Shown here: positions 1-8,993 of the stretch, piece after piece
Layout of the letters: each line of letters starts with the position of its first letter
Position numbering within the stretch: the stretch's first letter is position 1
Assembly (NCBI GenBank): GCA_964563355.1
Contig: CAZLVU010000005.1
Span: 14,032-78,031 of the forward strand
Source of the DNA: an uncultured Candidatus Poseidoniales archaeon
Lineage (GTDB): Archaea; Thermoplasmatota; Poseidoniia; Poseidoniales; Thalassarchaeaceae
Reading direction: 5' to 3'
DNA length: 64,000 bases
Notes under the pieces: generated by a model
The model's database searches: none
What the model was told of the DNA's origin: nothing
Seen by the model: only the letters and a program-made list of their open reading frames with translations
Program-made: the position numbers and the translations under genes

Positions 1-570
1 GTTCTAGTTGACGCCGGTTGTGAGATTCATGGTTATGCCTCGGACATTACTCGTACGTGGCCGGTTAATGGGGCCTTCAATGAAGCTCAGAGGGAGATCT
101 ACGATCTAGTTTTGGAGGCTCAGATAGCTGGAATTAGGGCTTGCCAGCCCGGCTCCCCCTGGCTTTCCATGCATCAGGCAACATCCCAGGTCTTGGCACA
201 GGGTTTGATTGATCTGGGTGTACTAGATTGCTCTCTGACCGACGCCCTTGGGAATGATTTTGATGGTCCGTTTCGTAACTACTTCATGCATGGGACTGGT
301 CACTTACTAGGGCTCGATGTGCACGATGTCGGAGGGGGTCGTCAAGGTGACGATGACCCAGGACCTATACTTCAGCCGGGCATGGTTTTCACTGTGGAGC
401 CGGGCTTGTACTTCGCAAGCTGGCGCTCAGATGTTGAAATCCCCAAGAGATTCTCAGGTATTGGTGTGAGAATTGAAGATAATGTGCTGATAACTGCTAA
501 TGGCCCTGAAGTCCTAACCTCAGCATGCCCTAAAGGCGTGGCTGAAATTGAGGATTTGATTAATTCATGA
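1..570 (+). CDS. pepP: Xaa-Pro aminopeptidase (M24B family), C-terminal part; 5' end cut by the window edge
   Basis: Frame 1 is open from base 1 (VLVDAGCEIHGYASDITRTWPVNG...). Metal-ligand motifs are HGTGHLLGLDVHD, VFTVEPGLY and GVRIEDNVLIT. Confidence 0.85.
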   Translation, partial: VLVDAGCEIHGYASDITRTWPVNGAFNEAQREIYDLVLEAQIAGIRACQPGSPWLSMHQATSQVLAQGLIDLGVLDCSLTDALGNDFDGPFRNYFMHGTGHLLGLDVHDVGGGRQGDDDPGPILQPGMVFTVEPGLYFASWRSDVEIPKRFSGIGVRIEDNVLITANGPEVLTSACPKGVAEIEDLINS

Positions 571-579
571 GGTGATTAA

Positions 580-1731
580 TTGACAGATTGCAGGCACATC
601 CTTGACCAGCAATTGTCCAATCACCCCCCTGAGTTGGACGTTGCCAGTGCAACTATTCTCTACGAGGACGGAGATCTAAATGATTTGATGTTCGCAGCTT
701 CGGAGAGACGGAAGGCCACCGTCCCTGGAAGCACCATTTCATATCTAGTAGACCGAAACGTCAACTACACCAATGTTTGTAACATAAATTGCCAATTTTG
801 CTCTTTCTACAGGCCCCCTGGGCACAGCGAGTCATACACGCTATCTTACGAACAAATCAGTCAGAAGGTTATCGAATTGGAGCAAATTGGGGGGTCAAGG
901 ATACTTATGCAGGGCGGGGTTAACCCCGAACTGCCCCTGCAATGGTATATCGACCTCATCAGACATCTCAGGCGCCATCATCCAAATATCTCACTCGATT
1001 GCTTCTCGCCAATAGAGATAGAAGGGATTTCAGATGTTTGCGGCCTTCCGACAAAGGAGGTCCTCCTCAGCCTTCAGGCTGCGGGATTGCATGGATTGCC
1101 GGGTGGGGGTGCAGAAATGCTTGTCGATGAAGTGCGATTTTCCGTTTCTCCGAAGAAGGGCTCTTCTGACAACTGGATCAGAATAATGCGTGAAGCGCAG
1201 GAAATTGGCCTAATTACATCAGCCACCAACGTTTACGGATTCGGCGAATCTTACATGCAGCGAATTGAACATATGGCTGCAGTAAGAGACCTTCAGAAAC
1301 AATCATTGGAAGATGGGTTGCTTGGTTTCGGTTCATATATCTCATGGCCTGTGATGCTCGAGAATAATGCACTCGGCTCTAGAATTGGTGGTCGCAATAT
1401 GAACGAGCTAGAATCTGGGGTCGTAGAATACCTCCGACATGTTTCTATTTCACGGTTGTTCTTCCACAACATTAGGCACATTCAAGCATCTTGGCCAACA
1501 ATGGGGATGGACGTCGCTCAGATGGCGATTTTTGCTGGTGCTGATGACCTAGGATCAACTATGATGGAAGAGAATGTCGTCTCCTCTTCTGGATCTACCA
1601 AATCCGAGGCAAGCGAGAGTGAGTTGCGCAGAGTCATTACAGAAGCAGGATATTCGGCTGTAAAACGAGACTCCGAATACAACATCATAGATGCCTCAGT
1701 AGAAACGAATATTGCGTCGATGTCAACCTGA
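580..1731 (+). CDS. Radical SAM enzyme of the CofH/MqnC/MqnE family (futalosine-menaquinone or F420-type chemistry; member not resolved)
   Basis: CxxxCxxC cluster in NYTNVCNINCQFCSFY. Family-typical MQGGVNPEL, GLPGGGAEML and ADDLGSTMMEENVV. TTG start preceded by GGTGA. Confidence 0.7.
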   Translation: MTDCRHILDQQLSNHPPELDVASATILYEDGDLNDLMFAASERRKATVPGSTISYLVDRNVNYTNVCNINCQFCSFYRPPGHSESYTLSYEQISQKVIELEQIGGSRILMQGGVNPELPLQWYIDLIRHLRRHHPNISLDCFSPIEIEGISDVCGLPTKEVLLSLQAAGLHGLPGGGAEMLVDEVRFSVSPKKGSSDNWIRIMREAQEIGLITSATNVYGFGESYMQRIEHMAAVRDLQKQSLEDGLLGFGSYISWPVMLENNALGSRIGGRNMNELESGVVEYLRHVSISRLFFHNIRHIQASWPTMGMDVAQMAIFAGADDLGSTMMEENVVSSSGSTKSEASESELRRVITEAGYSAVKRDSEYNIIDASVETNIASMST

Positions 1732-2823
1732 CAGCTCGGCTCTCCCACTTCTTACGGGGGCTTCCTCGATCGTGATCGGCTCATCTGCCTGATCTACAGT
1801 TACTGGCTGAACCCAAGATATTTCCGAACCGTCCGGTCTCTGGAAAACTACGTACAACTCCCAGTGAATTGCAATTAGTGCGGAATATACTGTTCCAGGC
1901 CACATTGGGATCTCAAGGTCAATTTTATTTGACTCCGCGAGCCTATCTATATGTGCCCACGGACCATCTTGCATTATTCTCATGGGTTCGAGAATCGTTG
2001 ATCTGCTGTTTGATAGTGCCATTGGCGTAGATTCACCAACGCCCGTTCCAGTTTCATCACCGCTCGCAACCCGCTTTTCGGGAAGAGCTGTAGACATCCC
2101 TGGAGACGGTTGCCCCGTGCGGCGCCGATTAAGTGCACGAAGGATTACTTCCCTCTCGGGAACGGTGACGCCAACCTGGACCCGGGCTTTAAGCGGAGAA
2201 ATTCCTTCGCCAACCGAATCTGGAAGGGTTACTGAGAAGCGCTGCCTATCGGAGTTGATATTCAACATAGGATCGGGTGGAGGCGAATCAATAAGCGCCT
2301 TTTGCCGTGCGAAATCTCGAAAATTTGCTATAGTTCTGATTATCAGGGGTATCATGAACAATGGAAAGGCGAAGAACAGGAGTTTCGGGTATTCGAGAGG
2401 TCCAAAGCTGTATGAGCCAGCGAACGATTCAGAAATGACTCCCCAATCAACTAATCCGGGTTCGATTGCATGGACGAATAGGGAGAGGATAAGAATTGAC
2501 ACTGTGGGGGGTATCAATTTCCTGGAAAATTGATGCATAGGATCTGGTTTGATGAACCATCCTAGCCTAGATCTAAGTATGAATGGAGGGGGGGATAATG
2601 AAACATCAGCCTCAACAATCTCCAATCTACCCTCTGAGTCATCATATGGCTCCCATTGAACAAGCCAGCTTTCATTATTGCCTATTCTGAATTTTGGTAT
2701 GGGCGTGAAATTTGTTTCAATGGCGACCTGAGCAATTGGTACTTCGTCGGGATTCATGTGATGATGCTCAAAGGACGGATATCTAACCCTCTGAACCGAT
2801 AGAGAAATGGTATTTACCCCCAC
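1723..2823 (-). CDS. Hypothetical membrane protein (central hydrophobic helices)
   Basis: 366-aa ORF with TM-like segments (LIPPTVSILILSLFVHAI, LLFFAFPLFMIPLIIRTI). Its start overlaps the stop of the upstream geranylgeranyl reductase gene by 10 nt. No family recognised. Confidence 0.5.
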   Translation of the reverse strand: MGVNTISLSVQRVRYPSFEHHHMNPDEVPIAQVAIETNFTPIPKFRIGNNESWLVQWEPYDDSEGRLEIVEADVSLSPPPFILRSRLGWFIKPDPMHQFSRKLIPPTVSILILSLFVHAIEPGLVDWGVISESFAGSYSFGPLEYPKLLFFAFPLFMIPLIIRTIANFRDFARQKALIDSPPPDPMLNINSDRQRFSVTLPDSVGEGISPLKARVQVGVTVPEREVILRALNRRRTGQPSPGMSTALPEKRVASGDETGTGVGESTPMALSNSRSTILEPMRIMQDGPWAHIDRLAESNKIDLEIPMWPGTVYSALIAIHWELYVVFQRPDGSEISWVQPVTVDQADEPITIEEAPVRSGRAELSG

Positions 2824-4040
2824 AATACGGCCTTGGCAGCTCTACCCGCCAGCCTTCTGAATTCGGGTACGTCCTTCAGCATCTTAATTCCCAATGGAAT
2901 TGGGTTCTCAATGTCGCCAAATTCATTGATCAAGGCAGTAACTTCCGGTTTGGCCCATACACTGAAAATTTCATCGAGCTCAAGATCGCTAAGCTCAGTT
3001 AGAAACGCGTCACGTAGAGCACGCTTTCTTCTTTGATCCCTTGCCATATCAGATAGCTTCCGAGCAATCGCTGACATGCGCTTAGAGGAAAGATCGTTAT
3101 TGTTCAGAGCATTGCATAAATGGGGGACAAGTAAGTCTACTTGTCTGAATCCGGGGCCGATTCCACCGCCCGTAGTGGGTTTACAGAGACCAGCTGCATC
3201 CCCAAAAAGCGCAACCCTCTCTATTAGCGGATTTTTCACTATACCGGATGGGATGGGGCCGCAGTATCTGCCTATTTCGTTGCAATCAGAGAATCTCCCG
3301 TGCCACTTATCATCAGATTGTAAATTCTCGAGTAGGTTTTCGCACGAGATATCGCTAGGCAGCAGACCAGATTTGGTCCAGGTGCCTATCCTAGTGGTCT
3401 CACCAGAGGGGATGGCCCACGCAAAGAAACCAGGAGCGACTTCAGCTCCTGTGTACATATCTAGTCTGCCTTGATCACCACGGTATCCCGTGACTTCGAC
3501 TTGAAAACCAATCATTCTCTCAGTGGGCTTACCCATCCTAAACACCTTCCTAACCCATGAATGAGCGCCGTCTGCGCCGCATAGCAACTTTGCGTTAACT
3601 TCTGTGATACTGCCATTGGAGTCAATGGTGATTTTCACTCCTGAATCACTTACTGTTGCAGCTGTCGGTTTGCTGCTTAGCGAAAGCTGGGCCCCGGACT
3701 CAATGGCCTGCATTACAACGGCTTCGTCGAACAGTTTTCTGCAAACTGAGAGCGTTCTGATGGTGCTCGGTGCCCCAACGCTGACCTTCGTTCCTGAAGG
3801 GCTGTGGATATTCGCCCCCCAGATTTCAGTAAGGATGGTATGCTCTAGACCAACAGAATCCATTGCCCCGGGATTGACTAGGCCTGCACATTGGAAGGGC
3901 CTTCCAATCTCTTCGTGTTCCTCAAGAATCAATACACTATGGCCGTTTTCACAAAATGCTCTAGCCAGGTAACCGCCAACAGGTCCCGCACCAACAACAA
4001 CGACATCGTATTGCAGGCTCATACTGTGGCCACTATTCAT
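2814..4040 (-). CDS. FAD-dependent geranylgeranyl reductase family protein (archaeal lipid saturase-like)
   Basis: N-terminal Rossmann motif YDVVVVGAGPVGGYLA, then LLCGADGAHSWVR and ALFGDAAGLCKPTTGGGI, typical of GGR/ChlP-type flavoproteins. Confidence 0.8.
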   Translation of the reverse strand: MNSGHSMSLQYDVVVVGAGPVGGYLARAFCENGHSVLILEEHEEIGRPFQCAGLVNPGAMDSVGLEHTILTEIWGANIHSPSGTKVSVGAPSTIRTLSVCRKLFDEAVVMQAIESGAQLSLSSKPTAATVSDSGVKITIDSNGSITEVNAKLLCGADGAHSWVRKVFRMGKPTERMIGFQVEVTGYRGDQGRLDMYTGAEVAPGFFAWAIPSGETTRIGTWTKSGLLPSDISCENLLENLQSDDKWHGRFSDCNEIGRYCGPIPSGIVKNPLIERVALFGDAAGLCKPTTGGGIGPGFRQVDLLVPHLCNALNNNDLSSKRMSAIARKLSDMARDQRRKRALRDAFLTELSDLELDEIFSVWAKPEVTALINEFGDIENPIPLGIKMLKDVPEFRRLAGRAAKAVLWG

Positions 4041-4046
4041 TTGCTT

Positions 4047-6308
4047 CTATTTCTTTCTTCTCTTGGATGCCTTGATACTCTTCTTTAGATTGGAAATTAG
4101 AGCGCTGGCATCAGATTTAGATATGGTTTCTATAGATTCAACTCTGACGATTTCCATCGCTTCGTCTATTGAAATTCCCAAATCTTCAGACATAGATCGA
4201 ATAGCATTAGTTTGTTTTTCGGTCGCCGGTGATGAATTATCCAAGGCAATTAGTTGCTCGATAACTCCACTGGCCGTTCCGCCCCTGCCACCAGTGAGGT
4301 CAGAAATATCTGCATGACCCATTTCACTTAGGAAACCAGATAATTCCAAATCTAGCTTGTCTACAAGCTTGATAATCAGACCTATTTGCTTCTCACTTGC
4401 GGAAATAGAACCGGATCCGTTCTCACCTAATTTGTCGATGGCGGCCTTAGCTTCAGCCCCCGTAAGCTCATCCGTACTCTTTCCACCTAGAATCATAGAG
4501 CGTTCACTCTCCTCCGTCCCCCCTAGTAGTCTTTCCAAGTACTCCTTTTGCCTAACAGTGGGTGCCTCTCTTCTTTTATCGAGTGCGGAATTGTGCATCT
4601 TTCGAAACAAATCCTCAAAATCTTGCCAAATAGTAGACGATTCAGCTTCACCGATTTCGATTTTGTCTAGACTCCGTTCCATAATTGCTGTGAAGTCAGT
4701 GGTGAATAATCCAGCATCGAAAAGAGTAGATTCAGAATAGTGGGGTGCGACGTCAAGCCATAGTGTTCTACCATTTTCTGTGGGAATTAGTGAAGACCCT
4801 TCTTTATCCAGGTATCCCTTCTGGGATAATTTAGTGATAGTAGAGACATATGTGGAGGGGCGACCTATTCCAGCTTGTTTCATGTGTTGCACAATTGAGC
4901 TTTCACTAAGCCTTCTTGGGGGCTTGGTAAAATCAGAAACCAATTCTGGAGGCTCATCTAGTTTCCATTCCGATCCTATATCAAATCCACAGGACGGTGG
5001 AGATGTTACTGCCTTGCTGGGGGAAACGCCTTCGAAGGCCTTCTCCCATCCAGCGTGGGTTCTCCAACTGGCAGTACCAACAATTTCTAGCTCTAAACCA
5101 TCACAGTTCAGCGATAGTCTCCTTCTCTCACTGATCGAGTTGGACATCTGGCTGGCTGCAAACCGAGCCCAAATCAAACTGTACAACTTAACCTCATCCG
5201 CCTCCAAATCTACAGAGTCAATTTTCGGATTTGTCGGTCTGATGGCCTCGTGTGCGTCCTGGATCTTGCCCGATCCCTTTTTCTTTTGCTCTCCGACGCC
5301 ATCACCCAAGAATTCGTCCCCAAATCTCTCAGTGATAATTTCGCGTATCTCAGATCTAGAGTTTGCACTTGTTCTGGTGGAATCGGTCCGTATGTAGGTA
5401 ATATGTCCGGTCTGATATAGAGATGTAGCGACCCGACTAGTTCTTCCAATAGGCCATCCAAGAGATGAATTGGCGGTTTGAAGCAATGTATCTGTGGTAA
5501 AGGGGGGATATGGCTTCCTTTTCACGGTCCCTTCTTTCACTGAACTTAGCGTAATCGTACGGGAATTGGTCAATACCTGATGCGCATTCTGTGCAAGCAC
5601 GCCGTCCGACGTTCTGTCGTATTGTGGCTTGCCATCGTCACCCCTCCAAGCATCGGGATCGTCGCTTTGATGGAAATTGACCCTGAGATCCACCCCGTTT
5701 GATTGCAGATTCACAGAATGGAACTCTATCGGGATATGAGCCTCCCGCTCAAGCTCTCTATTGACAACGAACCCCAATGTTGGAGTTTGTACCCGACCCA
5801 TTGATCTCAATTTCCACGATCTGCAAAATTTTGAACACCTGAAGCCAACTAAACGATCCATGAATCTCCTAACCATGGCTGCTTCAACTAAATCCATATC
5901 TAGTTCTCTGGGACTGTTTATTGCATCAGTTACTGCAGATTTGGTGATTTCATTGAAGGAAACTCTACTCACTTCATTAAATTCTGCGAAAATGATACTC
6001 AGCCTCCATGCAATGAACTCCCCCTCTCTATCTGGGTCAGTTGCAATGTAGACGTGATCGACTCCCGAAGAAACTGCCCTGCGCAGAATCTTGTCGATAA
6101 TTGACTCGGCCCTCTCAGTCCATGCCCACGGTGGATTTGGTAGTTTACCGGGCTTAGAAGCCCACAGTGCCTTTGAACTGTTCTTAGTACCATCGTTTGT
6201 CGGCAAATCTTGCACATGCCCGTTACATGCTTCAACAATCCAACCCCTCCCCAGGTATTTCTTGACGGTGCGAGCCTTGGCACGTGACTCCAGAATTACA
6301 AGTTTCAA
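4047..6308 (-). CDS. topA: DNA topoisomerase I (type IA) with a non-zinc C-terminal repeat region
   Basis: Toprim N-terminus (KLVILESRAKARTVKKYLG, DPDREGEFIAWRL) and the catalytic-Tyr region GHITYIRTDSTR. TTG start preceded by GGGGTGA. Confidence 0.9.
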   Translation of the reverse strand: MKLVILESRAKARTVKKYLGRGWIVEACNGHVQDLPTNDGTKNSSKALWASKPGKLPNPPWAWTERAESIIDKILRRAVSSGVDHVYIATDPDREGEFIAWRLSIIFAEFNEVSRVSFNEITKSAVTDAINSPRELDMDLVEAAMVRRFMDRLVGFRCSKFCRSWKLRSMGRVQTPTLGFVVNRELEREAHIPIEFHSVNLQSNGVDLRVNFHQSDDPDAWRGDDGKPQYDRTSDGVLAQNAHQVLTNSRTITLSSVKEGTVKRKPYPPFTTDTLLQTANSSLGWPIGRTSRVATSLYQTGHITYIRTDSTRTSANSRSEIREIITERFGDEFLGDGVGEQKKKGSGKIQDAHEAIRPTNPKIDSVDLEADEVKLYSLIWARFAASQMSNSISERRRLSLNCDGLELEIVGTASWRTHAGWEKAFEGVSPSKAVTSPPSCGFDIGSEWKLDEPPELVSDFTKPPRRLSESSIVQHMKQAGIGRPSTYVSTITKLSQKGYLDKEGSSLIPTENGRTLWLDVAPHYSESTLFDAGLFTTDFTAIMERSLDKIEIGEAESSTIWQDFEDLFRKMHNSALDKRREAPTVRQKEYLERLLGGTEESERSMILGGKSTDELTGAEAKAAIDKLGENGSGSISASEKQIGLIIKLVDKLDLELSGFLSEMGHADISDLTGGRGGTASGVIEQLIALDNSSPATEKQTNAIRSMSEDLGISIDEAMEIVRVESIETISKSDASALISNLKKSIKASKRRKK

Positions 6309-6350
6309 TTTTTCACCCCGACTCTATTTTTCACTTGCCGAAACATGCGA

Positions 6351-6358
6351 TGTATAAA
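6351..6358 (-). promoter_or_regulatory. TATA-like box upstream of topA
   Basis: The minus strand reads TTTATACA 43-50 nt upstream of the topA TTG start. A GGGGTGA Shine-Dalgarno-like element lies between them. Confidence 0.3.
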
Positions 6359-6382
6359 CGTGAGTAGTCCAGTCACCTTCCA

Positions 6383-6410
6383 ACGCGCGCGTGCGCGCGT
6401 GGGCGTGCGT
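6383..6410. repeat. Alternating purine-pyrimidine (CG/TG) tract containing the self-complementary ACGCGCGCGT
   Basis: ACGCGCGCGTGCGCGCGTGGGCGTGCGT lies in the 108-nt spacer between the stop of the 6417-6947 ORF and the topA start. Confidence 0.6.
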
Positions 6411-6416
6411 AGCCAA

Positions 6417-6947
6417 CTACAAATTGATCGAATTGCGATGCTCAGCTTCGTCCCAGACAATTCGGGCAGCGGGACCAAGGCAATCTTCGCATCCTGGAAA
6501 GCCCGCCTCATAGTACTGGAATAGCAGACCGAGGAACTCACGAGTAAATATCCACAAGTCCTCTTTTATCCAAATCATAGACAGTGATTCCGGTTCGAGG
6601 GGCCCAATCATTGCTAACTTAGTGCCATTTGCGCTGAATATGATCTGATGCCCATTTCCATCAATAATCTGGATATTTACAATGAGGGTTGGTATTGCAT
6701 CCTGAGCATTTAGTAATTTGTTTGCAAACCACTCACCAAATGGGATTTCGTGTTGGCTAGTAGGCGTGGAAGCCGGAATCGTGACCTCTAGCTTTGCCTT
6801 CTTCAATACCAACTTCGCCACTTCCGAAATTGCCAAACTGTTTGATGAATGGGCCATCGTATGCAGTATATCCGCAACGATTGAAGGATAAGTGCCTTTA
6901 CCATTACTGATGGGTTTAGCATGGAAGGCATTTTCGCATATTCCCAT
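6417..6947 (-). CDS. Hypothetical protein
   Basis: 176-aa ORF with no recognised motif. An internal Met at 6857 (MAHSSNSL...) would remove the overlap with pyrD, so the start is uncertain. Confidence 0.45.
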   Translation of the reverse strand: MGICENAFHAKPISNGKGTYPSIVADILHTMAHSSNSLAISEVAKLVLKKAKLEVTIPASTPTSQHEIPFGEWFANKLLNAQDAIPTLIVNIQIIDGNGHQIIFSANGTKLAMIGPLEPESLSMIWIKEDLWIFTREFLGLLFQYYEAGFPGCEDCLGPAARIVWDEAEHRNSINL

Positions 6948-8013
6948 GTCAATCTTTGATTCCGAGACGGCCCATTCGATGGCAATGTTCTCAATGTCAA
7001 AATTCGGCGAAAAGCCATTCGGGCAATTCGTTTTGAACAGCCTTTACAGATCACCCGAGCTTCCAATTGAGGTGTTCGGAAAGCTCTTCCATCATCCATT
7101 GGGTCTGGCTGCCGGATTCGACAAAGGTGCTGAAGCACTACTAGCTTGGTCAGCAATAGGTTTCTCATGGTGCGAATATGGGGGAGTAACCAGATATCCA
7201 CAGGATGGCAATCCGAAGCCCCGCATGTTTAGGGCCAATAAGGACAGGGCTCTGGTGAATAGTATGGGGTTCAACAATCCCGGCGCTACTGTGGTCAGGG
7301 AGCGATTGGCCGCTCGTAGGGCCTTTGAAAAATGGCCCAAATCCCCTGTTGCAGCAAACATAGGCAGATCCTCTAAGGTGCCGAGCGAATATGATTACGA
7401 GGACTATCGCTCTACACTAGATTTGCTTTGGGATCATGCAGATATTTTCGTCTTGAATGTTTCATCACCTAACACACCGGGACTAAGGGAGATTCAAGGC
7501 GGTCCAAATCTTGACTCGATCATTTCTTCTTGCTGCGATTTACGACAGAATAAATTGGATCCTAAACCCATACTCCTCAAACTATCACCCGACTCTACGG
7601 ACGAACAAATTTGTGAGATCGTCAGTAAGGCAACGAGCATAGGAATTGACGGCTTTGTGGCAACAAACACCACTGTTAAACGCCCTATTCCTGGTTCCAC
7701 CCAATCGAGGAAAGCTTACTCCAATGATGGAGGGTTATCGGGACGCCCTCTTCGCGATAGAGCTATCGAAGTAATTAGCACGGTTTACCAAGAAACCGGC
7801 GGAACTTTGCCAATAGTGGGAGTGGGTGGAATAGATTCCAAGGATTCAGCATGGGATGCGATTACCTCTGGTGCTTCCCTGATCCAGATATATTCAGCTC
7901 TTGTTTTCAATGGCCCCTCAGTGGTATCATCTATTGTCAAAGGACTTAGTCATAGAACCAAAGAGTCAGGCTTCTCTAGTATTAGTGAAGCGGTGGGATA
8001 CAAACACAATTAG
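6910..8013 (+). CDS. pyrD: Dihydroorotate dehydrogenase, class 2 (quinone-dependent)
   Basis: N-terminal membrane-association region (MGLAWKAFSHIP..ETAHSM), GLAAGFDK, catalytic-Ser motif NVSSPNTPGLR and GVGGIDS. The track ORF starts at GTG 6892; ATG 6910 fits the family N-terminus. Confidence 0.85.
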   Translation: MGLAWKAFSHIPMSIFDSETAHSMAMFSMSKFGEKPFGQFVLNSLYRSPELPIEVFGKLFHHPLGLAAGFDKGAEALLAWSAIGFSWCEYGGVTRYPQDGNPKPRMFRANKDRALVNSMGFNNPGATVVRERLAARRAFEKWPKSPVAANIGRSSKVPSEYDYEDYRSTLDLLWDHADIFVLNVSSPNTPGLREIQGGPNLDSIISSCCDLRQNKLDPKPILLKLSPDSTDEQICEIVSKATSIGIDGFVATNTTVKRPIPGSTQSRKAYSNDGGLSGRPLRDRAIEVISTVYQETGGTLPIVGVGGIDSKDSAWDAITSGASLIQIYSALVFNGPSVVSSIVKGLSHRTKESGFSSISEAVGYKHN

Positions 8014-8042
8014 CAATAAACCCCCGTACCTTGTGAGCGTTA

Positions 8043-8993
8043 ATGCCCGACATCTCCGTCAATGTTCCGGGGCTAGAGATGAGGAATCCATTGATGCTGG
8101 CATCAGGGATCCAAGGGGGGACCGCTGCTTCTCTCCACAGGGTATCTGCAAGTCAATCAGGAGGGCTCGTATCTAAATCAATTGGGCCCAAACCAAGAGC
8201 TATGTATCCGGGGCCCGTCTGCGTTGAGGCTTTGGACTCAGTAATTCTCAACGCAATGGGACTTCCAAATCCCGGCGTCGAGGTGTTTTCTGAGATTATT
8301 GCAAACGAGGATTTTTCGAAACCAATACTTGTTTCTGTATTCGGTAGCAATGCTGACGAATTTGCTAACGTTGCAACAAAACTCGTTAGTGCTGGAGCCA
8401 AATCAATTGAACTGAACCTTTCCTGCCCCCACTCTAAACCCGGAAGTAGGGCGCTAATTATCGGTCAACAGCCGGAATTAATTTACGATGTAGTTTCTAC
8501 TGTTAGGGACGCAGTAGATGTTCCACTATATTCTAAGCTATCTCCAAACACTACAAACATAGTTAGTGAAGCCCGGGCAGCTCTCGAAGCTGGGTCTGAT
8601 GGCCTCTCCCTGATAAACACGGTTTCAGCAATTGAAGTCGATCCCTTTGCAGGGCGACCAATAATTGGGAATCTACTATGTGGCATGTCTGGTCCAGCCA
8701 TCAGGCCAATTGCTCAGAGAAAGATTGCTGAGGTTTCCCTTGCTATGCGGCGGGAGGAAATTCCGACAGCTCCCCTATTGGGGATTGGGGGGATTAGCAC
8801 GGGACTCGACGTTGCTCGTTTTTTGATGTTGGGGGCATCAGCAGTACAGATTGGCAGTGCCCTGGTTTGGGGTGATGTTGACCAATTCGGGAAAATTGTC
8901 AAGGAACTGGAAGAATTCATGGTCCTGAATGACTACTCAGACATTTCGTCCATGCAGGGCATAGCGCTTGATTCATTGGAGGGGTTATCGTGA
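8043..8993 (+). CDS. pyrD: Dihydroorotate dehydrogenase, class 1B catalytic subunit
   Basis: LEMRNPLMLASG, catalytic-Cys motif ELNLSCPHS, and GIGGISTGLDVARFLMLGASAVQIGSA. Confidence 0.85.
   Translation: MPDISVNVPGLEMRNPLMLASGIQGGTAASLHRVSASQSGGLVSKSIGPKPRAMYPGPVCVEALDSVILNAMGLPNPGVEVFSEIIANEDFSKPILVSVFGSNADEFANVATKLVSAGAKSIELNLSCPHSKPGSRALIIGQQPELIYDVVSTVRDAVDVPLYSKLSPNTTNIVSEARAALEAGSDGLSLINTVSAIEVDPFAGRPIIGNLLCGMSGPAIRPIAQRKIAEVSLAMRREEIPTAPLLGIGGISTGLDVARFLMLGASAVQIGSALVWGDVDQFGKIVKELEEFMVLNDYSDISSMQGIALDSLEGLS

Noticed and set aside
1982-2533. Long antisense ORFs inside confident genes. Examples: 1982-2533, 4780-5397, 12116-12619, 12968-13405, 21478-22071, 35638-36201, 53927-54436, 62690-63118.
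   Set aside because: Each lies opposite a longer ORF with clear family motifs or TM architecture. Their translations are Ser/Pro/Arg-rich with no motifs, so they are shadow ORFs.
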